Program-made: the position numbers and the translations under genes | DNA from: a virus | Length of the DNA stretch: 64,000 bases | Virus record (IMG/VR): IMGVR_UViG_3300047678_000239 | Span: 1-64,000 of that record | Direction: 5' to 3' (one strand) | The notes under the pieces: model-generated | Databases searched by the model: none | What the model was told of the DNA's origin: nothing | The model's input: the letters and a program-made list of their open reading frames with translations, nothing else | Part shown: positions 36,760 through 45,857 of the stretch, in pieces | Layout of the letters: each line of letters opens with the position of its first letter | How positions within the stretch are numbered: the stretch's first letter is position 1

Positions 36760-39700
36760 TTATAGGCAAAGTCCATTGTAACTGTCTTGAACTATAATAT
36801 CGATTCCAACAGTTGCTATATTGTTGTTAGCATCAGTGACGGTGACTTCAACAGGAATTGTGTAATCGTCTCGACATGAGATACCAACACGGAACTTGGT
36901 CGTAGCAGATGTTGGAGAAACGGCCGGACCTGTCCATAGATATGTGTATGGAGCAACCCCATTGTGAGGAGTTGCTGTAACAGAAGCGGTATCATTTTCA
37001 CAATATCCTCCAGCTGTATAACATCCAGCAAACAATGAAGATTGGTTAAGTGTGACTGACAACGGAACTGGAGTAGGCGTTGGTGTCGGTGTTGGAGTAG
37101 GTGTTGGAGTAGGTGTTGGAGTTGGTCCAGGCGTAGAAGTAGGCGTAGGTGTCGGAGTAGGAGTTGGAGCTCCAGGCGTAGGCGTTGGAGTAGGAGTTGC
37201 CGTAGGTGTAGGTGTAGGTGTCGCCGGGACCACACTGTATTGATACCAAATATCTCCATCACTTCCTCCTGATGGAGCTGAAGTTGAGATAAATCTGTTT
37301 CCTGTTGAATTGCTTCCAATCAGAGTTGTTCCGCCATCAATTGATACACCCGTAGTTGTTATTCTAAATCTTTCAACGCTTCCTGAGAAAACTCCCGAAG
37401 AAGAAAATGCACTATTTGAGTAGAATCTAAACGACCCCGTTCCGGATTGTATAAAGTCAAAGTGTCCGTCTTTACCAGCTCTTCTCAAAATGCGAGATTC
37501 ACCATCAAGAAGTCTATTCGTTGAGTGGAAATCAATCCAAGTTGGAAATTGAGTATAAGATGTTTGTAATCCTCCAATTTCAAATCCAATACCACCCTGG
37601 TCAACACTTCCGGTTGGATTCTGTTCAAAGTTTGAATATGCTAGATTTACATTACCACCATTTGTAACTACGAGCTGTCCACCGTTGATAGCAGAACCGA
37701 ATACATTTCCAGCATTTATTGTAGCAGCATTTAATACAAGAGAAACGTTTACAGTTCCAGCATTGATTTTAGAAGCATCGATGTTTCTAATGTATGCCTG
37801 GTCCATATAAACTCCAGCTCCATCTACTGTAAATGGTGCTGTGTTTTGGGTTCCGGAAGCATTTACTATTTGAAATTTATCAACTTGAATAACAAAAGCT
37901 GACGCACTTCCTGCTCCACCAGCATTTGTCAAACGGAAACCAGCCACTCTGTTTCCAGCAGTTACGTTCAATACATACTCAGATGCTACAGAGCCACTCA
38001 ACGTGGCTACAGCTGTTGAGGTTACGCTTACACTGGCCGAAGCATTGTTTGCCACAGCAGATACCGTTGATATTGATTGAGCTGCTGATGAACTATTTGA
38101 TACAACTGTTCCTTGAAGAGTTGTTATTGTGGATGCTAGAGAAGATGAATTTGATGTAGCCGTTGCCGTCATCGTATCCATTCTCGACGCTTCCGACGAA
38201 CTGTTTGTTGTGACGGTTCCCTTTAAAGTTGTGAACGTGCTTGAGAACGAAGAAGAGTTGTTTACAACACTGCTGTTGATTGTATCCATTCTTGTAGCGG
38301 CCGAAGAAGAATTGGATACAACCGTGTTAGCAATTGTTGCCATTGAGGCAGAATTGTTATTTACAGTAGATGAAAGAGACGTTATTGTTGTAGCAAAAGA
38401 CGAGGAATTCGATGATATTGTCGAATTCGTTGAAGTTATTGCGCTTGAAAATGAAGATGAATTGGTCGTTACTGAGCTTCTAATTGCTGTCTCCGATATA
38501 GCAAAAGACGAAGAATTTGAAGTAACTGTGGCACCAAGTGTTACTATAGAAGCGGCCAGTGAAGACGAATTACTTGTGGCTGTTGACCTGATGGCAGTCT
38601 CAGAAACGGCAAATGATGCTGAATTCGAAATTATTGTAGAGTTGGCTGTTACTATACCGGCCGCTAGAGAAGCCGAAGCGGTAGTTGCGGATGCACTAAC
38701 CGTTGTAATTGTTCCGGCTAAGGAGGAAGAATTACTTGCAACTGTAACGTTGGTTGATGTGAGATTCGAAGAAAATGACGAGCTATTCGTGGTTACAGAG
38801 CTTCGTAGAGCAGTTTCTGAAGTTGAGAATGATTGAGAAACTGTTGTTATTGTTCCCTGAGTAGTTACTATTGAACTTGCCAGAGAAGCCGAGCCGCTGG
38901 TGTATGTAGAACTAATTACATCCATTCTCAAAGCGGCCGAGGACGAATTGGAAACTACAGTTGAATTTGTCGTAGTCAGAGCACTTGAGAATGACGCTGA
39001 ATTTGTCGTCGCTGCGCTTCTGATAGCTGTTTCGGACACAGCGAACGAAGACGAAACATTAGTAACTGTTGCATTTGTTATAGCCAACGATGATGAAAAT
39101 GATGCTGAATTGGTTACTACCGTTGAACTCAACGTATCAATTCTTCCAGCCAAAGACTGCGATGTGCTTGTGGCTGTTGTGTTCGTAGTGGTTATGGCAC
39201 TTGAGAACGATGACGAATTGCTTGTCGCTGTGCTTCTTATAGCCGTTTCCGATGTGGCAAATGATTGAGAAACGGTCGTTATGGTGCCTTGAGTGGTTAC
39301 AATACTTGCAGCCAAGGAGGCTGAACCGCTTGTGTAAGTTGCACTGATACTATCCAATCTTCCCGCGGCAGAAGATGACGCTGTTGTAGCAGCCAAAGAA
39401 ACGGTTGTTATTGATGCGGCTAATGAGGATGAATTGGTTGTTACATTTGAACTAATTGTATCCATTCTCGCCGCTGCTGAGGACGAGTTTGTGGTAACAG
39501 TCGAATTTAAAGTAGAAACGGTAGCAGCGTTGTTGTTGACCGTAGAGGTTAGAGCATTGACTGTTGTTGTAAACGAAGCTGAATTAGTCACCACAGCAGA
39601 GTTAACCGTTGTTATACTTGCAGCTAATGATGAAGAATTTGTGACTACCGAAGCACTTAGAGTAGTCGCTACCGTTGCTGCTGATGATGAATTTGACGCA

Positions 39701-42700
39701 ATTGTTCCAGCTTGAGTGGTTATCAGTGATGAGAACGAAGAAGAATCTGATATAGCGTTTGCACTTAAAGTTGTTATTCTCGTAGAAACGGACGAACTTA
39801 GAGTCGTAGCCGCTGCTTGAGTTGTAACAATACTTGCTGCCAATGAGGCTGAAGCTGAGGTTGTTGAGGCTGACAGTGAATCGACTCTTCCAGCTAACGA
39901 GGACGAGGTTGTTGTTAACGAACCTTGAACAGAAATTATACTTGATACGAAAGAAGCTGACGCAATTGCTGTCGAACTACTGAGTGTAGATATGGATTGA
40001 GCCAAAGACGATGAATTTGATACAACGGTTCCTTGAGTGGTTGTGATACTTGCCGCCAAAGAAGATGAAGCGGTTGTTATACTCGACGCCAAAGTATCCA
40101 ATCTAGTCGCAGCAGATGAAGAATTTGTGGTTACTGTAGCTTGTAAGGTGGTTATAACCGCTGCAGCGGATGAGGAATTGGCCGTAACGGAACTTCTTAA
40201 CGCCGTTTCAGAAACAGCAAATGACTGAGAAACGGTTGTTATAGTTCCTTGTGTTACTCCGATACTTGAAGATAACGAAGATGATGCCAATGCTATACTT
40301 GATGCCAAACTATCTTCACGAACCGCCACTGATGAAGAGTTGGTTATAACAGTTGATGATAGACTTACAATTGAGGCTGCTAAAGAAGAAGAAGCATTTA
40401 CCAAAGAGCCGCTAGTGGAAGTGATTCTTGTGGCTAATGAAGATGACGTTATTGTTAACGTTGTGTTCGTAGTTACTATAGAAGCTGCCAACGAAGATGA
40501 ATTGCTGGTCGCGGTTGAAGCGACTCCATCCAATCTAGAAGCAGCTGAAGATGACGCTGTTGTAGCAGCCAAAGAAACGGTTGTTATTGATGCAGCTAAT
40601 GAGGATGAATTGGTTGTTTGTGTGGATGATAACGTGTCAATTCTTCCGGCCAGAGATGACGATGCCGTTGTCTGTGCCAGCTGAACGTTTGTGATGTTTG
40701 CAGATATTGATGCAGAATCTAGTCCGATATATGATGCGGAAAGTGTCGATACTCTCAAGGCGATTGAGCTTGAGTTGGTAGAAATTGTTGTTGACAAGTT
40801 ACCAATCGAAGAACTAAACGAAGAAGAAGAGGCCAAATACGAGCTATTCAATGTCGTAACGGATAGAGCAATTGAACTAGAGTTCGTTGAAATTGCTGTA
40901 GATAATCCACCAATCGAAGAACTGAAAGAAGAAGAGGCCGTTGTATATGAACTGTTGAGGTTGGAAACAACAGCCGCAATTGAGCTCGAATTATTCGTAA
41001 TTGTGGTTGTGAGAGAACCAACTGATGAACTAAACGAAGCAGAAGCGGCCACATACGAACTGTTCAGGTTTGTTACAGTTAGAGCCACAGATGCCGAATT
41101 TGTTGTAATCGTTGTTGTAAGAGAACCAACCGATGAGCTGAATGACGCTGATGCGGCCACATACGAACTGTTTAATGTGGTGACTCTGGCCGCCATAGAG
41201 CTCGAATTGTTAGTATCCGTTGTCGCCAAGGTTCCAATCGAAGAACTAAACGACGATGATGCTGCCTGATAAGAGCTATTGAGGCTCGTAAATACAGACG
41301 CAATTGAAGATGAATTCGTTGTTACAGTTGTTGAAAGATTACCAATCGAAGAACTAAACGACGATGATGCGGCAGTAAAGGAACTGTTCAAACTCGTTAC
41401 AACAATTGCCGCGGAACTTGAGTTTGTGGCTATAGTCGAACTCAATGTATTAATTGATGAACTTAGTGACGATGACGCGGCTAAATAAGAGCTATTGAGA
41501 TTGGATACAACAAGAGCAATTGAACTAGAATTTGTCGTTACACTTGTCGTTAATGAACCAATTGAGGAACTGAATGAAGAAGATGCCGCTGTGTAAGATG
41601 TATTTAGATTTGATACAACCAACGCGACGGATGCTGAATTCGTTGTTATCGTGGTGGATAGACTTCCAATCGAAGAGCTAAATGAAGATGATGCTGTTGT
41701 ATAAGAACTATTCAAAGTTGTTACACGGAGAGCCATCGAACTTGAATTATTGGTATCGGTTGTAATCAACGAACCAACGGAAGAACTAAGTGAAGATGAG
41801 GCGGCTAAATATGAGCTATTTAGGCTTGTGAACACAGCAGCAATTGACGATGAATTATTCGTAATTGTGGTTGTGAGAGAACCAACTGATGAACTCAATG
41901 ATGCTGAGGCGGCTAGGTAAGAAGAATTTATGTTATCCGTCTTCAATGCCATCGATTGAGAAAAGGTCGTCTGGGTCGAATTTGTTGAGGTTATCGACGC
42001 TGCAAGAGATGAAGAATCTGTGGTTACTCTTGATGAAAGATTGTTGAATTGTGAAGCAAGAGATGATGATGTATCAGTCAACTGCTGTTGAATATTCAAA
42101 ACTTGTGTTTCAATTGAACCTGAGTTGGTTGAGAAAGAACCAGACAACAACGTAATCTGCAAAGCTAGAGAAGCTGATTGGGTTGTGAAAACTCCTTGCA
42201 TCGTTGTCATGGATGCAGCCAATGACGCTGATGTGGTGGTGGTTGTGGCCGAAATTGAATCTGCTCTACCAGCAAAAGAAGAACTGTTTGTTATTATCGT
42301 TCCTTGAACCGTGCTAATGGATGCGGATTGATTTAACAGAGAACTTGATTGAATAATTACACTTCCCGACAATCTCGATAACGACGAACTGACTATTGAG
42401 AGAGACGATGAAGTGGTCGTAGTAATTGCCGTCAATGAGCTAGAAACGGTTGTTAATAGCGAAGCGGACGCTCCAGCAGCTGCTCCAAGAACAGACAGCC
42501 CGGTTGCCAATGAAGATGAAATAGTAACTAATGATGCTGATGTCTCTGTTGAGTTTATGCTCACCGACGAAAGAGAAGAAGATATGGCCGTGGATGCTAT
42601 AGAAGTCGAAGACGACACCGCTAAGCTTGTTGCTGTCAAGGACGAAGACAGAGACGTTCTAGCCGTTGAATCTGATGCGGACAATGACGTTACCGCTGCA

Positions 42701-43359
42701 GATGTTGAGGAGGATATAGCAGAATTCGTGACGGTCAACGAAGACGATAGAGAAGCCAACGAAATGTTTACCGACGATGAAATTGAACTTACGTTAAACG
42801 TTATTGAAGCTAAAGACTGAGAAATCGATGAGGATAAAATCGTATTAGCTGTAGAAAACGAAGATGATAGAAGTTCATTAGCCGAAGAAAACGAAGAAGA
42901 ATTTCCGGTGAACGTCGATGAAAACGACGATGAGACAGCCTCCACAGTCGTTACCAAGGACGAAGACACATTTTGAATCGAAGAATTAAACGACTGAGTG
43001 GCAAAATTCAACGACGCTGACGTAGCGTTTATAGAAGAGTAAACATTGGCAAGGTTTGTTGTAAACGATGCTGAAGTTGATACAAAGCTAGCAGATATTA
43101 ATGCCGTGGCAAATTGAATATTTTGATTTGACGAAGACAACGCTTCTACCGAACCAGTCAATGCTGCAATTGAGCTGGTCATTGCGTTTATCAAAGGAAC
43201 ATTTACTGTGTATGGGAGACTTGTCCAGGTTCTAACTCCATCACCGAATTTTATGTTCTGTGTGTCGGTTTCAATACCTTGTTCTCCAAGACGCAATATC
43301 GGATTGACAAAAATCCATTCTGCTGCTGTTCCTCTACGAACTTGAATTGTCATTCCCAT
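36760..43359 (-). CDS. Giant coiled-coil tail fibre (2199 aa)
   Basis: N-terminal IQVRRGTAAEW..NPIL..GEQGIETDT..KFGDG (Mtd/hyaluronidase N-terminal-like); ~1700-aa S/T/A stalk; YVLNV...VAGF...DKF...PFTV...YMDQAYI (lambda J C-terminal/DUF1983-like); PT linker; Cys-containing tip. Confidence 0.75.
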   Translation of the reverse strand: MGMTIQVRRGTAAEWIFVNPILRLGEQGIETDTQNIKFGDGVRTWTSLPYTVNVPLINAMTSSIAALTGSVEALSSSNQNIQFATALISASFVSTSASFTTNLANVYSSINATSASLNFATQSFNSSIQNVSSSLVTTVEAVSSSFSSTFTGNSSSFSSANELLSSSFSTANTILSSSISQSLASITFNVSSISSSVNISLASLSSSLTVTNSAISSSTSAAVTSLSASDSTARTSLSSSLTATSLAVSSSTSIASTAISSSLSSVSINSTETSASLVTISSSLATGLSVLGAAAGASASLLTTVSSSLTAITTTTSSSLSIVSSSLSRLSGSVIIQSSSLLNQSASISTVQGTIITNSSSFAGRADSISATTTTTSASLAASMTTMQGVFTTQSASLALQITLLSGSFSTNSGSIETQVLNIQQQLTDTSSSLASQFNNLSSRVTTDSSSLAASITSTNSTQTTFSQSMALKTDNINSSYLAASASLSSSVGSLTTTITNNSSSIAAVFTSLNSSYLAASSSLSSSVGSLITTDTNNSSSMALRVTTLNSSYTTASSSFSSSIGSLSTTITTNSASVALVVSNLNTSYTAASSSFSSSIGSLTTSVTTNSSSIALVVSNLNSSYLAASSSLSSSINTLSSTIATNSSSAAIVVTSLNSSFTAASSSFSSSIGNLSTTVTTNSSSIASVFTSLNSSYQAASSSFSSSIGTLATTDTNNSSSMAARVTTLNSSYVAASASFSSSVGSLTTTITTNSASVALTVTNLNSSYVAASASFSSSVGSLTTTITNNSSSIAAVVSNLNSSYTTASSSFSSSIGGLSTAISTNSSSIALSVTTLNSSYLASSSSFSSSIGNLSTTISTNSSSIALRVSTLSASYIGLDSASISANITNVQLAQTTASSSLAGRIDTLSSTQTTNSSSLAASITTVSLAATTASSSAASRLDGVASTATSNSSSLAASIVTTNTTLTITSSSLATRITSTSGSLVNASSSLAASIVSLSSTVITNSSSVAVREDSLASSIALASSSLSSSIGVTQGTITTVSQSFAVSETALRSSVTANSSSAAAVITTLQATVTTNSSSAATRLDTLASSITTASSSLAASITTTQGTVVSNSSSLAQSISTLSSSTAIASASFVSSIISVQGSLTTTSSSLAGRVDSLSASTTSASASLAASIVTTQAAATTLSSSVSTRITTLSANAISDSSSFSSLITTQAGTIASNSSSAATVATTLSASVVTNSSSLAASITTVNSAVVTNSASFTTTVNALTSTVNNNAATVSTLNSTVTTNSSSAAARMDTISSNVTTNSSSLAASITTVSLAATTASSSAAGRLDSISATYTSGSASLAASIVTTQGTITTVSQSFATSETAIRSTATSNSSSFSSAITTTNTTATSTSQSLAGRIDTLSSTVVTNSASFSSSLAITNATVTNVSSSFAVSETAIRSAATTNSASFSSALTTTNSTVVSNSSSAALRMDVISSTYTSGSASLASSIVTTQGTITTVSQSFSTSETALRSSVTTNSSSFSSNLTSTNVTVASNSSSLAGTITTVSASATTASASLAAGIVTANSTIISNSASFAVSETAIRSTATSNSSSLAASIVTLGATVTSNSSSFAISETAIRSSVTTNSSSFSSAITSTNSTISSNSSSFATTITSLSSTVNNNSASMATIANTVVSNSSSAATRMDTINSSVVNNSSSFSSTFTTLKGTVTTNSSSEASRMDTMTATATSNSSSLASTITTLQGTVVSNSSSAAQSISTVSAVANNASASVSVTSTAVATLSGSVASEYVLNVTAGNRVAGFRLTNAGGAGSASAFVIQVDKFQIVNASGTQNTAPFTVDGAGVYMDQAYIRNIDASKINAGTVNVSLVLNAATINAGNVFGSAINGGQLVVTNGGNVNLAYSNFEQNPTGSVDQGGIGFEIGGLQTSYTQFPTWIDFHSTNRLLDGESRILRRAGKDGHFDFIQSGTGSFRFYSNSAFSSSGVFSGSVERFRITTTGVSIDGGTTLIGSNSTGNRFISTSAPSGGSDGDIWYQYSVVPATPTPTPTATPTPTPTPGAPTPTPTPTPTSTPGPTPTPTPTPTPTPTPTPTPVPLSVTLNQSSLFAGCYTAGGYCENDTASVTATPHNGVAPYTYLWTGPAVSPTSATTKFRVGISCRDDYTIPVEVTVTDANNNIATVGIDIIVQDSYNGLCL
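37063..37228 (-). repeat. Pro-Thr dipeptide repeat (6-nt period)
   Basis: PATPTPTPTATPTPTPTPGAPTPT...PVP with varied third codon positions. Confidence 0.95.
40740..41935 (-). repeat. About 11 tandem 36-codon (108-nt) repeats in the fibre stalk
   Basis: Unit NSSYxAASSS(F/L)SSS(I/V)GSLTTTITxNSSSIAxxVxxL. Confidence 0.85.
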
Positions 43360-44963
43360 TATGGGGTTCCTCCGTCAATTAAAATATCTCCGATAACAGT
43401 TCCTACCAACTGCTCTGTCCATCCTTGAGGGTCGGCATATAAATGAGTTTTGATGGGTTCTGCACAATAACTTCCAACCGAATCAAATAATTCTCCTATT
43501 ATTTCAATTTTTTCATTTTGAAGAAGTGGAGTAAATGGAATATCAACGATAAAAGAATCCAATGCGTAATTAATGTCCTTGTAGGCCTTCATAGAAACGT
43601 TTGCTATAGCAATTGTATTGATTCTCTTTGGAACAATAATCACTGTTCCAAACATTGTTTTATTTGCGTAAAATTTGTTGATATAAGTTCCGTTATATGT
43701 AGTTGCTGTATCCTTGTCTAGTTCGCCAAGAAGTAATTTTTGAGTAGACCCCTGTATAGTCGTGGTCACAAAATATATCGAAACTTTGTAATCAGAGTCT
43801 ATTGGTTTGATGTTTGCCCAATCGATAGAAAATTGATACAAGGTGTTCTTCAAAAGTTTCAGAGGATTGCTGTTTAATATGGCTCCGTTGTTCACAACTT
43901 CGATTGAGCTCGTATATGGCAACAATCTTGGGCTAGCAACTGAACAACTATAATACGTATTTGGTTCTTTTTCAAAGTTTGGAAATAGCTGTGGAGAAGT
44001 ATACCAGGCGGAGCTTGTTATGTAGGTGTTTGGAACGTATGTGGAATTTCGTCCAACTTCTCCAGAATTTTCTTTATAGATGACGTAGGCAGTCTCCGAA
44101 TCATTTGCAGCACCGGCCGTGTTCAATGTTATTGAATCAATCAATATGGTTGGTGTGTGGGTATAAGTTAATCCACTTGACGCTAGCCAATAGGTTTGAG
44201 CGTGTAAGGATGTATAAAACTTTCCACCATTGATGAAATCTACATTTGCGTTGTTTGTCAAAAACAACTCTTTTGGTTCAACCCTTCCTGTAGCCATTGT
44301 AACAAAACTTTCAGGAGTATTTGAACTCCTCTTCAATATCCTGAATGTGTCGGGAGAAGAAGACACCTTTAGATTTTTGAAAGTTAGGGATACCAGCGAA
44401 CTAACTCTCAACGAATTGGTCATTAACGATGTATCAATTCTTGGAGAATGAACTATCTCATAAGAACCGTTCTTAATATTCGTAACATAATACTCTTCAA
44501 AATTTTCAAAATATGGAGAGTCTTCCCTCTTAGCTCCAGTTTCCAGAGAAACATTTGAAATTACAATTGGTTTGTCAATTCTTAATGAAGTAGATGTGTT
44601 TACTTCTTTGATTTTTGCAATAAAATCTGTGTTTGTTGTTCCAACAAACGTGCTTGATTTTCCATTTTTACTTGCATAAGAAAGAGAATCAATATCAAGA
44701 TTGGAAAAACGAATCAACGCTCCAACCATTGAGGACGAAAAAGAAGCACCTGATTTAGAGAAAATCGAATATTCAGTGTTGGCCGGCGCTGAACTTATTT
44801 TAGTTCCGTGTGTTGGATTCACCGCAACACCATAAAAACTTCCAGACTCAAGTTTATTGCCGCACAACGGTCTGTGCATCAATGAATAGATTCTCGACTC
44901 AACCGATAGTTCGGGAGGGTCAAAAATGCTTATGCTGGATTGAATTTCACCTATATTTGCCAT
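43359..44963 (-). CDS. Virion (tail/baseplate-associated) protein
   Basis: Beta-rich S/T/N composition, ends IDGGTP, overlaps the fibre start by 1 nt, upstream ATATTTATA. Confidence 0.55.
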   Translation of the reverse strand: MANIGEIQSSISIFDPPELSVESRIYSLMHRPLCGNKLESGSFYGVAVNPTHGTKISSAPANTEYSIFSKSGASFSSSMVGALIRFSNLDIDSLSYASKNGKSSTFVGTTNTDFIAKIKEVNTSTSLRIDKPIVISNVSLETGAKREDSPYFENFEEYYVTNIKNGSYEIVHSPRIDTSLMTNSLRVSSLVSLTFKNLKVSSSPDTFRILKRSSNTPESFVTMATGRVEPKELFLTNNANVDFINGGKFYTSLHAQTYWLASSGLTYTHTPTILIDSITLNTAGAANDSETAYVIYKENSGEVGRNSTYVPNTYITSSAWYTSPQLFPNFEKEPNTYYSCSVASPRLLPYTSSIEVVNNGAILNSNPLKLLKNTLYQFSIDWANIKPIDSDYKVSIYFVTTTIQGSTQKLLLGELDKDTATTYNGTYINKFYANKTMFGTVIIVPKRINTIAIANVSMKAYKDINYALDSFIVDIPFTPLLQNEKIEIIGELFDSVGSYCAEPIKTHLYADPQGWTEQLVGTVIGDILIDGGTP

Positions 44964-45042
44964 AGTATATACTACTATGGTATAAATATCGGTTACTTTG
45001 AGTTATCAATCTTGGAGAATCCGTTTTCCTTGGTAATCTATA

Positions 45043-45769
45043 TCAATACTCTTTTAGTTCTCCAGACTTTTCATTATACCGCAAAAATTTGCATTTTAGC
45101 AAAGATTTTATATTGTCCATTCGTTTCACATCTTTTTGTCTCAACTCATTTCTAACATAATGTCTGGGTTCATCATATTCTACAACAATATTTTTGATTG
45201 GCTCGTAGTAATCAAGCGAATATCCAAACTCTGTCAAGACATATTGAATTCCATTTTTTCCATAAAAAATTCCATTCCAATCAAACTCCATTTCCATTTT
45301 AGTAAAATATTCGGATTCATTTTTTACCAACGTTAGCTCCACCTTTCAACAAGGCTCGAGTTAATGCAGCCTTTCTCATCTTTATTTTACTTTTTTCTGA
45401 ATGATTTTTGCCATAGAAAGGATTGTCTTCTCCGCATCTATAAATTCCAAACATTCCATTTCCTTTTCCCGACATCTTCTTTTTTGTTCCGTCTGAATGT
45501 TTTCTTCCCAATTGGGAACGTGACATTCTTCGCTTAGTTTCAATTGATGGTATTCTTCCAGAATTAACACCTATAGACGCACATTTTTTGCATTTAGTAT
45601 TCTTTCTTATTGCTCGAAGATAATCAATATAATATTTGTAATCAACAACCGACTGGCACCTAGCACATTTTCTTTTTTCTAAATTTCCAATATCGCTGCA
45701 TTCTATCTTCGCAAATTTTTTTCCTGTTTCTATCATAATATGCTTTAGATTTTCTTCTGTTACATTCAT
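45043..45769 (-). pseudogene. NUMOD3 + PD-(D/E)xK homing-type endonuclease split by a +1 frameshift
   Basis: 45317..45769 has CxxC pairs and NUMOD3 (GRKHSDGTKKKMS, NPFYGKNHS); 45043..45342 has LDYY..VVEYDEPRHY..D..R; junction GGT AAA AAA TGA. Confidence 0.65.
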
Positions 45770-45809
45770 TTCTTTCTTCCTTTGTATGATATAATTTTTT
45801 TCTTCCCAT
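45660..45809 (-). CDS. Small basic protein (49 aa) upstream of the endonuclease
   Basis: AAAGGAGG Shine-Dalgarno before ATG at 45809; MGRKKLYHTKEER... Confidence 0.55.
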   Translation of the reverse strand: MGRKKLYHTKEERNECNRRKSKAYYDRNRKKICEDRMQRYWKFRKKKMC

Positions 45810-45857
45810 GTTTCCTCCTTTATAAGTATAAATGTAATAACATAAAAGTAACGACAA

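Noticed and set aside
40740-41935. Regular repeats as a CRISPR array
   Set aside because: In-frame degenerate coding repeats with no unique spacers and no cas genes.
37926-42820. Many plus-strand ORFs rich in Glu/Asp/Val opposite the fibre genes (also 5934..12410)
   Set aside because: Antisense shadows of Ser/Thr/Ala codons; no promoter or RBS support.
36760-43359. Abundant N-x-S and D-(S/T)-hydrophobic sites as host glycosylation sequons
   Set aside because: Expected by chance from the composition, and those host systems act in the periplasm whereas virions assemble in the cytoplasm.
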